From NCBI GenBank assembly GCA_963695095.1, contig CAVOFT010000001.1, positions 2,560,001-2,624,000 on the forward strand: a stretch of 64,000 nt of DNA, in the 5' to 3' direction. The notes beneath the pieces are model-generated. The model saw only the letters and a list, made by a program, of their open reading frames with translations. It ran no database searches and was not told where the DNA came from. The DNA is from an uncultured bacterium (GTDB taxonomy: Bacteria; Krumholzibacteriota; Krumholzibacteriia; JACNKJ01). The number at the start of each line of letters is the position of its first letter. Position 1 is the stretch's first letter. A program made the translations under genes and the position numbers. Of the stretch, positions 10,389 to 20,340 are shown one piece after another.

Positions 10389-11186
10389 TTACCTCGTGTA
10401 GTCCCGGGGCGGATTCTTCAGCAGGCGCTCCGTGAAGTCGGCCGGCGGCAGGCTGGCGGTGTAGCTGATCTCGGTGAAGCGAATCGTCGTCTGCTTGCCG
10501 CGCTTGACGTCCTGCATCGTGCGCAGGGTGGCGGTGGGAAAGCCGTCGATCGTCTCGATCTCGCTCGCCGTGAAGACGCGCAGCAGGGCGCCCTTGGCGT
10601 AGTACTCCTCCTTGAGGGGCAGCCGGCTCGTCGTGCAGATCCAGGTGAGCTTCTCGTCCCAGTCGGCGCTGCCGGCGGCCCTGGGCGTGCTCTTGATCTT
10701 CCAGGTCGGGCGCTCGGCCAGCAGCTCTTCGCCTTGCAGCGTGTGGCTGTCCAGCACCGGCAGGCGGCCCGAGACGTCCTCGTAGGTGAAGTCCGAGCCC
10801 ATGAAGCTGCTCGTGCGGTCGTCGGCCGCGATGCGCTTGACGAGGTCCAGCGCGGGCATGTAGAGCCAGCGGTCGTCGTTGCCGTCGGCGTGCTTGTGGA
10901 CGAGGAAGCCGGTCCTGCTCACGTCGGCGGGCTTGACGAAGTAGGTGTAGTAGTTCTGGTCGCCCATGTCGGCGACGTCCGCCCGCAGCATCCAGAACTC
11001 GCGCTCGCGCGTGCGCCCCTGCTTGTCGGTGAGCGTCATCAGCACCTTGGCGTGCCCGCCGTCGCCCGCGTAGTAGTAGGCGGCATGGGCGGCATTCATC
11101 AGCGTGGCGGCGTCCTCCGCCGCTGCAGCGCCCACAGCTGGCGCGAGCAGGGCGAGGGCCGCCAGCAGGATCCTGTGTACTTTCAT
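10389..11186 (-). CDS. Outer-membrane lipoprotein-sorting protein (LolA-like)
   Basis: PADVSRTGFL, DDRWLYMPALDLVKRI and SFMGSDFTYED motifs; signal peptide from ATG 11186. Confidence 0.85.
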   Translation of the reverse strand: MKVHRILLAALALLAPAVGAAAAEDAATLMNAAHAAYYYAGDGGHAKVLMTLTDKQGRTREREFWMLRADVADMGDQNYYTYFVKPADVSRTGFLVHKHADGNDDRWLYMPALDLVKRIAADDRTSSFMGSDFTYEDVSGRLPVLDSHTLQGEELLAERPTWKIKSTPRAAGSADWDEKLTWICTTSRLPLKEEYYAKGALLRVFTASEIETIDGFPTATLRTMQDVKRGKQTTIRFTEISYTASLPPADFTERLLKNPPRDYTR

Positions 11187-13555
11187 CAGTTCGCCTCCTT
11201 GGCAAGTTCGGTGGCTGGGGAAGACGCCCAGGTGGCCGCGCGGGCCCCCCAGGGCTTGAACGCGTGTTCGCCGCGCAGGCGCAGGAGCGCGGGCAGCAGC
11301 AGGAAGGTCGCGCTGCCCGACAGCGCCATGATGGCGAGGAAGAACAGGCCCACGGTGACGTAGGGCACCAGGGCGGCGAAGAGCAGGGGCACGAAGCCGA
11401 AGGCGATCACCACGACGTTGCGGCCGATGGCCCGGGCCGGCTCCTGGAAGAGCTCGGCGAGCGTGGCGGCCAGGCTCCCCTGGCGGCGATAGAGCTCCTG
11501 CCCGCGCTTGAGGAAGTGAATCGCGAAGTCCACCGAGAGACCCAGCGTCAGCGAGCTGAGCACGGCGATGGGCATGTCGTAGGCCTTGCCGCTCCAGCCG
11601 ACGACGCCGTAGACCATGGCGATCGTCACCGTGAGCGGCAGCATGGAGATGAGGCCCAGGTAGACCGAGCGCAGCAGGACGATCATCATCACGAGGACGA
11701 CGGCGAAGGAGCCGAGCAGCGCCTTCAGCATGCCGCCGACCATCTTCTCCTGCCAGATGACGTTGATGTAGGTGAGCCCCGCCCAGTCGAAGGCCAGGCC
11801 CGCCGGCGCCGGGTTGGCGGCCATGAAGGCCGCGGCCTCGTCCAGCATGGCGATCACGGCGCGGTTGTCGCCGTCCTTGAGCTGGATCCAGAGCACGGCC
11901 TTGTCCCCCGCCGGCGTGATGAACTTGTAGAGATCGTCCGGATCGCCGCCGGCGACTTCGTAGAGGAAGAGCTCCTGGCCGATCTCGTCGGCGCTCGCGG
12001 GCAGGGCGTGCCGCGTCGAGTCGCCGTCGCTGAGCTCGAAGCGCACCTTCTTGACGATGTCGGTGATCCCCGTCGTCGCTCCCACCTGCGGCAGGGTCGC
12101 GAGGCGAAGCTGCAGGCCCTCCATGTAGCGGAGGATCTCGGGTGTCTTCACGCTGCCGGTCTCGGCCTCCGTCGCGTCGAACTCGAGGTAGGCCATGTAG
12201 GTGCCGGCGAGCTTCGCGCCCAGCTCCCGCTCGGCGACGCGGATCGGATGCGAGGGCTTGAACCACTTGGTCGGGTTGTCGTTGACGACGATGCGGCTGA
12301 CGCCGAGGGCGCTGATCGCCAGCAGCAGCACCGTGACGCCCAGCACGGGCCCGCGCCTGCCGACCGCCCAGCGCCCGAGCGCAGGCAGCGCGCGGCCCAG
12401 AGGCCCGTGGCTTTCGTCCTGGCGCCCGAAGGTGGCGAGCGTGCGCTGCGAAAGCAGCACCGCATAGGCCGGATTGAAGGTGACCGAGAGCAGCCAGGCG
12501 ACGGCGACGCCGGTGGCCACGAAGGCGCCGAAGACCTGCACCGGCGGGATCGCCGCGCTCATCAGGGAGCCGAAGCCCACCACGGTCGTCGCGCTGGTGA
12601 AGATCATCGGCTTGTAGAGCTCGTCCATCGTCTCCGCGATCGCCTGGCGCTGCGAGCCCGATTCCTGGTAGCGCTCGTGGAACTCGGAGAGGATGTGAAT
12701 GGAGTTGAGCACGGCGATCGGCAGCAGGAAGATGGGGATCATCGAGCTCATGATGTGCACCGGGAAGCCGAAGGCGATCAGCGCGCCCATCGTGATCGTC
12801 ACGGTCATCAGGGCGATGATCATGGGCGCCGCTACGACGCGGGCCTTGCGGAAGAAGACCAGCATGAGCAGGAAGATGAGCAGGCCGGCCAGCGGCGCCG
12901 AGACGCCCATCTGCTTGAACATCTCCTTGCCGAAGGTGTCCTGCGCCACCGGCAGCCCGGTGATGTGCCAGTCGCCGAAGCCGCCGATGCGCGCCAGCTC
13001 CGCCCGGATCGCGGCGCCCACCGCGTGGGCCTGCTGCTTCTCGACGAGGGGCACGTAGATCGCCACCACGCTGCCGTCGGCGGCGGCCAGCTTGCCGCGG
13101 AGCATCGGATTGGCGCCGATCTTGGCCGCGACGCTCGGCTGCTCGGCCCAGCCCAGGCGGTCGTCGGTGAGCCCGCCGACGACGAGGGACCCGTCCGGCG
13201 TGCGATAGATGTCGTCCACCGTCGAGGGGGCCAGGACATCGTCGGCGACGACGCCCGGCATCGCCTCGATGCTGGCCACCAGCTCGGCCAGCCGCGCCGT
13301 GAAGGCCGGTTCAAGCAGATCCGCTCGCCCGGTGAAGCCGAGCACGAGGTAGTCGGAGAGGCCGAACTCCGCCTTGATGCGCGAATGGATGACGCGCACG
13401 GGCTCGTCGGCCGTGAGCATGTTCTCGGGATCGGTGTCGATGATGGCGCGCGGAATGAACGCCGCCATCACCACCGTGATCAGGATCGCCAGGCCGATCA
13501 CCCAGCGGGGGTGCTCGATGGCGAAGTTGACCAGTGCGTGCTTGGATCTGGGCAT
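11186..13555 (-). CDS. MMPL/RND-family transporter
   Basis: Two 6-TM repeats with periplasmic loops; LGLSVDFAIH motif. Confidence 0.88.
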   Translation of the reverse strand: MPRSKHALVNFAIEHPRWVIGLAILITVVMAAFIPRAIIDTDPENMLTADEPVRVIHSRIKAEFGLSDYLVLGFTGRADLLEPAFTARLAELVASIEAMPGVVADDVLAPSTVDDIYRTPDGSLVVGGLTDDRLGWAEQPSVAAKIGANPMLRGKLAAADGSVVAIYVPLVEKQQAHAVGAAIRAELARIGGFGDWHITGLPVAQDTFGKEMFKQMGVSAPLAGLLIFLLMLVFFRKARVVAAPMIIALMTVTITMGALIAFGFPVHIMSSMIPIFLLPIAVLNSIHILSEFHERYQESGSQRQAIAETMDELYKPMIFTSATTVVGFGSLMSAAIPPVQVFGAFVATGVAVAWLLSVTFNPAYAVLLSQRTLATFGRQDESHGPLGRALPALGRWAVGRRGPVLGVTVLLLAISALGVSRIVVNDNPTKWFKPSHPIRVAERELGAKLAGTYMAYLEFDATEAETGSVKTPEILRYMEGLQLRLATLPQVGATTGITDIVKKVRFELSDGDSTRHALPASADEIGQELFLYEVAGGDPDDLYKFITPAGDKAVLWIQLKDGDNRAVIAMLDEAAAFMAANPAPAGLAFDWAGLTYINVIWQEKMVGGMLKALLGSFAVVLVMMIVLLRSVYLGLISMLPLTVTIAMVYGVVGWSGKAYDMPIAVLSSLTLGLSVDFAIHFLKRGQELYRRQGSLAATLAELFQEPARAIGRNVVVIAFGFVPLLFAALVPYVTVGLFFLAIMALSGSATFLLLPALLRLRGEHAFKPWGARAATWASSPATELAKEAN

Positions 13556-13600
13556 GCCTTCCTCTCGTGTCGTTGGGGCAGCTGGGGGTGACGGGAGTCG

Positions 13601-14293
13601 CTAGTGAACGGGCGGCGGCGCCGCTTCCAGGGCGAAGCCCCGGGCCTGCCATTCGCGGGGGCCCTCCGTCAGGCGGCGCGCCGCCAGGCCCCGCTCCGCC
13701 AGGGCGCGCACGGCCTCGTCCGCCATGATGCAGAAGGGACCGCGACAGTAGGCGACCAGCTCGCGGTCCCGCGGCAGCTCCGCGAGGCGGTCGACGAGCT
13801 CGGCCAGCGGCATGGAGAGGGCGCCCGGCAGGTGCCCGCCGCGGTACTCCGCGGCGGAGCGGACGTCGATGAGGCACACGCTGCCGCTGGCGAGCCGGCG
13901 CGCCAGGTCGTCGGCGGCGATCGCCTCCGGCCCTTGCCCGGGATCGTGCTGGGCGCGCAGCAGCTCGCGCACCTCGGCCAGGCGTCCGATCGCCAGCTCG
14001 CGGAAGCCGTACCAGAAGGTCGCCACGGCGGGATCGGCGAGGTGGTAGCGCGCATGCAGGCCGTCCCGGGTGAACTCGACGAGACGGCATTCCTTGAGCA
14101 CCCGCAGATGCTGCGAGACGTTCGAGGGGCTCAGCCCCGTCTCCTGGGCCAGTTCATCCACGCTGCGCTCGGCCTGGCAGAGCAGGTCCAGGAGCTCCAG
14201 CCGCCGCGGGCTGGCCAGGGCCCGGCCGAGGAGGCCGAGCTGCTCGAAGAGCCTGTCCTTGTAGCTGGTCAGGGCCTGGAAATCGGGGTGCAT
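13601..14293 (-). CDS. ArsR/SmtB regulator fused to a rhodanese domain
   Basis: ALASPRRLELL...NVSQHLRVL HTH; IDVR..EY..GHLPGA and YCRGPFC rhodanese motifs. Confidence 0.92.
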   Translation of the reverse strand: MHPDFQALTSYKDRLFEQLGLLGRALASPRRLELLDLLCQAERSVDELAQETGLSPSNVSQHLRVLKECRLVEFTRDGLHARYHLADPAVATFWYGFRELAIGRLAEVRELLRAQHDPGQGPEAIAADDLARRLASGSVCLIDVRSAAEYRGGHLPGALSMPLAELVDRLAELPRDRELVAYCRGPFCIMADEAVRALAERGLAARRLTEGPREWQARGFALEAAPPPVH

Positions 14294-14450
14294 GCGGGCT
14301 CCTGTCTTAGTATTTTAGCAACTACGCATATAGTAACAAAATCAGGCACCTCGGCAAGGAAAAACTAGCGGAAATGCTAGAAAACCTTAAGTGCCTGCAA
14401 TATAGATGTTTAGCTGCAAGGGAAGATCCGCGCTGCCCTCGCCGGGGCCC

Positions 14451-17400
14451 TCAGCCCCGGCGAAGCGGACTCAGGAGCGTCCCGAAGCCGCGCCGGAGGC
14501 GGGCCTTCGCGGGATCGATGGTCGAGTAGATCACGGGCACGACGACGAGCGTGAGGAAGGTGGCGACCGTCAGGCCCCAGATCACGGCCACGCCCATCGG
14601 CCCCCACCACTGGCTGGACTCGCCGCCCAGCACCACGGCGTGGCGGAAGTCGCCCTGCACCATGCCCTCGAAGTCGACGGAGAAGCCCGTGGTCAGCGGG
14701 ATGAGCCCGAGCACCGTGGTCACCGCCGTGAGCACCACGGGCCGGAAGCGCGTCATGCCCGCTTCGACGATGGCCTCGATGCGCTCCTTGCCCTCGGCGC
14801 GCAGCTTGAGCGTGTAGTCGAGCAGGACGATGGCGTTGTTGACGACGACGCCCGCCAGGGAAATCACGCCCACCCCGGTCATGATGATGCCGAAGGGCAT
14901 GCGGTGGATCAGCAACCCGGAGAAGACGCCGATCAGCGAGAGCACCACGCTGGACATGATCACGAAGGGCACCGTGATCGAGGTGAACTGGGCGATCAGC
15001 ACGAGCATGATCAGCATGAGCACGATCGGAAAGCTCTGCTTGAAGAGGAAGGTGTTGGACTCCTCCTGGTCCTCGCTCTCCCCGGTGAAGTCGATGTGAT
15101 AGCCGGGCGGCAGCGGGAAGCCTGTCAGCCGCGCCTGCACCTGCGCCAGCAGGGCATTGCCGTTGGCGCCTTCGGCGACGTCGGCGGAGACGGTCACCAC
15201 GCGGCGCGAGTCGATGCGCGTGATCGCGCCGAACCCCGTCGCGTAGCGCAGCGTGGCGAAGCTGCCGAGCGGCACGTGCCGCCCCTCGTAGAAGAGCGTC
15301 AAGCTCTCGAGATCCTCGACGTTCTCCCGCGCCGGCTCGGCGAGCCGCACGACGATGTCGTACTCGTCCTCGCCCACGCGGTACTCGCCCACTTCCTCGC
15401 CGTGGATGGCCGTGCGCAGATGGCTGGCCAGATCGATGGTGCGCAGGCCCAGCCGCGCGGCCTGCTCGGGATCCGGCGTCACGCGCAGCTCGGGCCGGCC
15501 GCGGTCGTAGTCGCTCTCCAGATCGACGAGCCCGGGCAGATCGCGGATGCGCTCGGCCACCAGGCTGGCCAGCTCGCCGAGGGCGGCGAAGTCGTCGCCG
15601 GAGATCTCGATGTTCACCGGTTTGCCGGTGGGCGGCCCCTCCTCCATCTTGTCGATGGTGAGCTCGGCGCCGGTGAAGCCGGCGAGGCGATCGCGCAGGG
15701 CAGCCACGCTCTCGCGAGAGGAGTGCTCGCGCTCCTCCTTCTCGACGAACTCCATGCTGACCGTGGCGAGGTTGCCGCCGCTGCCGCCGCTGCCGAAGCC
15801 CTCCCCGCCCGTCGTGCCGACATCCGTCCAGTGGGCGACGAGGTCGGGCAGCTCGCTCACGGGACCCTCCAGCTGCCGCGCGTAGGCATCGCTCTGCTCG
15901 ATGCGAGTGCCGCTGGGCGATTCGATGCGGACATAGGCGAAGGTGGGATCGGTGTCGGGGAAGAGCTCCACGCCGGCGTTGAAGCGACCGAACACCATCA
16001 GCACCAGGACGAGCAGCACCCCCATGCCGATGCCGGTGCGCCAGGGCCTGGCCAGCGCCCAGCGCAGGGTGGGCTCGTAGCTGCGCAGGCCGAAGGCCAT
16101 CAGCCGGTCGCCCAGGCGATCGTGGCCCGGGCGGCGGGCCGCGGGCACCTTCATCAAGGTGGAGCAGAGCACGGGGTTGATGACCAGGGCGACGAAGAGC
16201 GAGGACAGCAGGGCGACGATCACCGTGATCGGCAGGTACTTCATGAACTCGCCCATGATGCCCGGCCAGAAGATGAGCGGCCCGAAGGCGCAAACGGTGG
16301 TCAGCGTCGAGGCGATCACCGGCGCCGCCACCTGCTGCGTGGCCGCCAGCGCCGCCTCCTGGCGGCCCATGCCCATCGCCCGGTGCCGGTAGATGTTCTC
16401 CACGACGACGATGGCGTTGTCCACCAGCATGCCGAGCGCCAGGATGAGCGAGAAGAGCACCACCATGTTCAGCGTGATGCCCAGCGCGTGCAGGACCATG
16501 AAGGTGATCAGCATGGAGAAGGGAATCGCCGAACCGACGAAGAAGGCGTTCGTCCAGCCCAGGAACAGGAAGAGCACGGCCACGACGAGGATGAGGCCGC
16601 TGAGGATGTTGTTCTCCAGCTCCTTCACCATGTCGCGGATGTAGACGGACTGGTCGCCCGTCACGGTCAGCTGGGTGCCCGCGGGCAGCGTGTGGCGCGC
16701 GGACTCGACGAGGGCGTGGATCTCGTCGGCGATGCGGATGATGTTCTCGCCGCTGCGCTTCGTGATCGAGAGGCTCACGGACTCGACGCCGTTCAGGCGT
16801 GAGTAGGTCTTGCGCTCGGCGATGGCCAGTTCGACCGTGGCCACCTGGCCCAGACTCACCGGCGCGTCCACGCCGGCGTTGACGAGGACGCGCGGGATCT
16901 CCTCCACGCTGGCGAACTCGCCCGGCACGCGCACCTGGTAGTCGTAGGTGCCCAGGCCCAGCTCACCGCCGGGGATGTTCACGTTCTCGAAGCGCAGGGC
17001 GTCCATCACGTCCGCCAGCGCCAGGCCGTAGTAGCGCAGGCGCTCCGGATCGACGTCCACGCGCACTTCCTGCTGGACGGCGCCGTTGAGCGTCACGCCG
17101 AGCACGCCGTCGACGCGCTCGATCTCCTCCTGCAGGTCCTCCGCCACGTTCTTGAGCCGCACCGGATCGTAGCTCGCCGACAGCAGGATCTGCATGATCG
17201 GCCAGTCGCTGGAGCTGATCTCCTGGATCACGAGATCGTCGCGCACGTCCTCGGGCAGCTCGGGCTTGGCCATCTCCACGGCGTCGCGCACCTTCTGGAG
17301 CGCGTCGCTCATCTCGACATCCGTGGAGAACTCGAGCGAGATCTGGGCCGCGCCCTCCAGCGAGCTGCTGATCATCTCCACCATGTCGGGAATGCCCTTG

Positions 17401-17612
17401 AGCTGCTGCTCCAGCTTGCGCGTGACGAGCTGCTCGACGTCGGCGGGGCTCGCGCCCAGGTAGGGCGCGGCCACCAGGACGAAGGGGATCTTGACGTCGG
17501 GAGAGGCTTCCCGCGGCATGCCGATGTAGGAAGCGGCGCCGATGACGACGATGATCACCATCAGCGTGAACACGGTCAGCGCGTTGCGGACCGACAGCTC
17601 GGTGATCGTCAT
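14451..17612 (-). CDS. RND efflux permease (AcrB/CzcA family)
   Basis: GMLVDNAIVVVENI, GVVVNNAIVL and RFRPVVLT motifs; ATG overlaps the MFP stop (ATGA). Confidence 0.93.
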   Translation of the reverse strand: MTITELSVRNALTVFTLMVIIVVIGAASYIGMPREASPDVKIPFVLVAAPYLGASPADVEQLVTRKLEQQLKGIPDMVEMISSSLEGAAQISLEFSTDVEMSDALQKVRDAVEMAKPELPEDVRDDLVIQEISSSDWPIMQILLSASYDPVRLKNVAEDLQEEIERVDGVLGVTLNGAVQQEVRVDVDPERLRYYGLALADVMDALRFENVNIPGGELGLGTYDYQVRVPGEFASVEEIPRVLVNAGVDAPVSLGQVATVELAIAERKTYSRLNGVESVSLSITKRSGENIIRIADEIHALVESARHTLPAGTQLTVTGDQSVYIRDMVKELENNILSGLILVVAVLFLFLGWTNAFFVGSAIPFSMLITFMVLHALGITLNMVVLFSLILALGMLVDNAIVVVENIYRHRAMGMGRQEAALAATQQVAAPVIASTLTTVCAFGPLIFWPGIMGEFMKYLPITVIVALLSSLFVALVINPVLCSTLMKVPAARRPGHDRLGDRLMAFGLRSYEPTLRWALARPWRTGIGMGVLLVLVLMVFGRFNAGVELFPDTDPTFAYVRIESPSGTRIEQSDAYARQLEGPVSELPDLVAHWTDVGTTGGEGFGSGGSGGNLATVSMEFVEKEEREHSSRESVAALRDRLAGFTGAELTIDKMEEGPPTGKPVNIEISGDDFAALGELASLVAERIRDLPGLVDLESDYDRGRPELRVTPDPEQAARLGLRTIDLASHLRTAIHGEEVGEYRVGEDEYDIVVRLAEPARENVEDLESLTLFYEGRHVPLGSFATLRYATGFGAITRIDSRRVVTVSADVAEGANGNALLAQVQARLTGFPLPPGYHIDFTGESEDQEESNTFLFKQSFPIVLMLIMLVLIAQFTSITVPFVIMSSVVLSLIGVFSGLLIHRMPFGIIMTGVGVISLAGVVVNNAIVLLDYTLKLRAEGKERIEAIVEAGMTRFRPVVLTAVTTVLGLIPLTTGFSVDFEGMVQGDFRHAVVLGGESSQWWGPMGVAVIWGLTVATFLTLVVVPVIYSTIDPAKARLRRGFGTLLSPLRRG

Positions 17613-18754
17613 CGGGCGCCGCCCTCCGCCGCCTGGGCGCCGAAGGCCTTGGGATCGCCGGGCAGGCTGCCGTCGGGCGCCGTCGCCGTCTCGGTGACGG
17701 CCACCGGGCCGCCGGCCACCAGATCGCGCTGCCCGCGCACGACCAGCTGCTCGCCCGCGGCGAGACCGGCCGTGACCGCCACCATCAGGCCCTGGTCGGC
17801 GCCGAGCGCAATCGCCCGCTCCATGGCCCGACCGCCCTCCACCACGAAGACCGCCGGGCCCCCGCCGCGCTCGAGCACCGCGTCGCGCGGGATGGAGATC
17901 ACGTTCTCGTGCTGCGCCGTGAGCAGGCGCGCCCGTCCGAGCACGCCCGGCCGCAGCGCCAGCTCCGGATTGTCGACGTGGATCTCCACCGGGAATTCGC
18001 CCGTGAGCGGATCGGCCTCGACGCCCACCCAGTGCACGCGGCCCTCGCTGCGGGGCCCCTCGACGCCGAAGTCCACCGTTGCGGGGGCGCCCACCTTCAC
18101 CAGGTGCACGTCGCGCTGGCCGGCGGCGCACTCGAGCTTGAGCACGCGCGGATCGATCAGCCGCGCCACCGGCATGCCCGGGGTGATCAGCTGGCCCGGC
18201 TCGACGAAGCGATCGCTGACGACGCCCGCGAAGGGCGCGCTGATCAGGGCGCGCTCGTGGCGCAGCGCGGCCGCGGCGAGCGCGGCCTCGGCCTGGCGGA
18301 GCTGGGTGCGGGTCGCCTCGACCTCGATCTCGCTGATCGACGCGCTGGCGAGCAGGGACTCCTGGCGAGCCGCGTCGAAGGCCGCCAGGTCGCGGGCCGC
18401 CCGGGCCGACTCCAGCTCGGCGGCGAGCAGGCGGCGGTCCAGGGCGATGATCGTCTCGCCGGCCGCGATGCGGCTGCCCTTGTCGCGGCGGATGGCCTCG
18501 ACCCGCCCGCCCTCTTCGGCGCTGATCACCGTGCCGCGCAGCGGCGCTGCCCGCCCGTTCAGCTCGAGGTACTCGGCGAGCACGGTGGGCTCGAGCTCGA
18601 GCACGCGGACATTGCGCGGCTTCTCGGCCGCCTGGCCCTCCGCGTCGGCGCCGGCGCCGCCGCAGCCCGCGGCCAGGGCCAGCATGAGGGCAGGCGCAAG
18701 GAAGGCGAGGATCGGCCGGAACACCGGCCGCAACAGCGGATGCATGCGGATCAC
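17609..18754 (-). CDS. RND periplasmic adaptor (membrane fusion protein)
   Basis: Lipobox LAAGC; ISAPFAGVV and LRPG motifs. Confidence 0.9.
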   Translation of the reverse strand: MIRMHPLLRPVFRPILAFLAPALMLALAAGCGGAGADAEGQAAEKPRNVRVLELEPTVLAEYLELNGRAAPLRGTVISAEEGGRVEAIRRDKGSRIAAGETIIALDRRLLAAELESARAARDLAAFDAARQESLLASASISEIEVEATRTQLRQAEAALAAAALRHERALISAPFAGVVSDRFVEPGQLITPGMPVARLIDPRVLKLECAAGQRDVHLVKVGAPATVDFGVEGPRSEGRVHWVGVEADPLTGEFPVEIHVDNPELALRPGVLGRARLLTAQHENVISIPRDAVLERGGGPAVFVVEGGRAMERAIALGADQGLMVAVTAGLAAGEQLVVRGQRDLVAGGPVAVTETATAPDGSLPGDPKAFGAQAAEGGAR

Positions 18755-20221
18755 CTCCGGGGAGCCGCGCCAGCGGCGAGGACATCGGCGAGCGGGGTCC
18801 GGGGATCGTGGCCGAGCTGCCGCTTGAGCGAGGCGGTCAAGGTGAGCACGTCGACGCGCGCCTGGATGCCGTTCTGGCGGGCCAGGCGGCGCTGGGTCTG
18901 GGCGTCGAGCAGGCTCAGGTAGTCGGCCTTGCCCAGCGCGTAGCGCTGCTGGGTCTGGGCCAGGACCTCGGCGGCGGCGTCCTCGTTGAGCGCCGCCGCC
19001 GCCAGGTTGCTGCGCGCCGCCTGCAGGGCGCCCAGGCTCGCGGCCAGCTCCTGCTCGGCCTGCCGCAGCGCTTCACGGTACTCGTAGCTCGTGCGGCGGA
19101 TGGCGGCCTCCGTCTCCTTCACCTTCCCGCGGGTGAGCAGGCCGTCGAAGAGCGGCAGCGTCAGGGTCAGCCCCGCGCTCCAGGTGTCGTGCCCCTCGTC
19201 GCCGAGCTCGCCCAGCTCACGGGCCACGTAGCCATAGGAGGCGTTGGCGGAGAGGTAGGGCCGGTGCTCGGACTTCTGCGCGCCCCGGTTCTTGCGCAGG
19301 ATGGTCTCGAGGAGGGCCAGCTGGCGCAGGTCGCCGCGCGCGGCGAGCCCGGCGGCAGGCAGAGCCGCCGGCAAGGGCGCGAGCTCCGGTTCGCCGACCG
19401 GCAACACCGCGAGTGGCGCCAGGGGCTCGCGGCCCATGGCGACGTTGAGGGCGGAGCCGGCGTTGCGCAGACCCTGCTCCGCCGAGAGGCGGGCCGGGCG
19501 CAAGTTGGCCAGGGCGACGGCCGCCCGCAGGGTGTCCAGCGGCGTCGCCATGCCGAGGCTGAGCCGGCGCCGGCTGATGGCGAGGAACTCCTCCTTGGCC
19601 GCGAGGTCCGCGTCCAGGGCGGCCAGCTGCTCGGACTGGGCGACCACGGAAAAGTAGGCGGCCAGACACGCCCTCGACGGTGCGCAGCTCGAGGTCGCGC
19701 AGGGCCGCCTCCTGGCGCTCGATGCCCAGGCCGGCGGCACCGATCGCGTTGAACACGCGGCCCGGGTTCAGCTCCCAGCGCCCGTTGAGGCCCGCGCGCC
19801 ACCAGGTCTGGGCGGCGATGTCCTCGGGCGCCGGAATGAAGCTGAGGCCGCCGAAGAGGCTGTCCAGCGCAGCATTCTCGCCACCGCCGAAGGTCTGGTC
19901 GAGCGCGAAGCTCGGATCGCGGCCCCGCGTCCAGGTGCCGGTGATGTCGAGGCTGGGCAGGCCGGTGGCCCGCGCCTGGGCCATCAGCCCGTCCAGCTCG
20001 CGGCGCCGCTCGCGCTCGGCCTGCAGGGCGCCACTGCCCGCCAGGGCTTCGTCGATGCAGCGCGCGAGGCTCCAGCTCTCGCCGGCGCCCGGCAGGACGG
20101 GGATGGCCTCCCCGGCCGCGGCGGCAACGAGACCAACCAGCAGCAGCGCGCCGAGCGGAGCGGCCAGGAGAAGATTGCGCAGGACGCGGCGCGGGCCTTG
20201 GCCTAGACTGCGACTGTTCAT
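18751..20221 (-). CDS. TolC-family outer-membrane efflux protein; frameshift near 19670
   Basis: N-half in the 19217..20221 frame, C-half (LTLPLFDG, YALGKADYLSLLDAQ) in the 18751..19740 frame; first gene of a TolC-MFP-RND operon. Confidence 0.85.
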
Positions 20222-20340
20222 CGTACTCCGGATCGGCGGGCGAGGTGGTCACGGGGCGGTGCCGGAGTGTACGGCATCTGGGTCGAGGGTTTCAAATAAA
20301 GGCGCCCGCCCGCCGGCGCCAGTCCCCGCGAGGAGATTTC

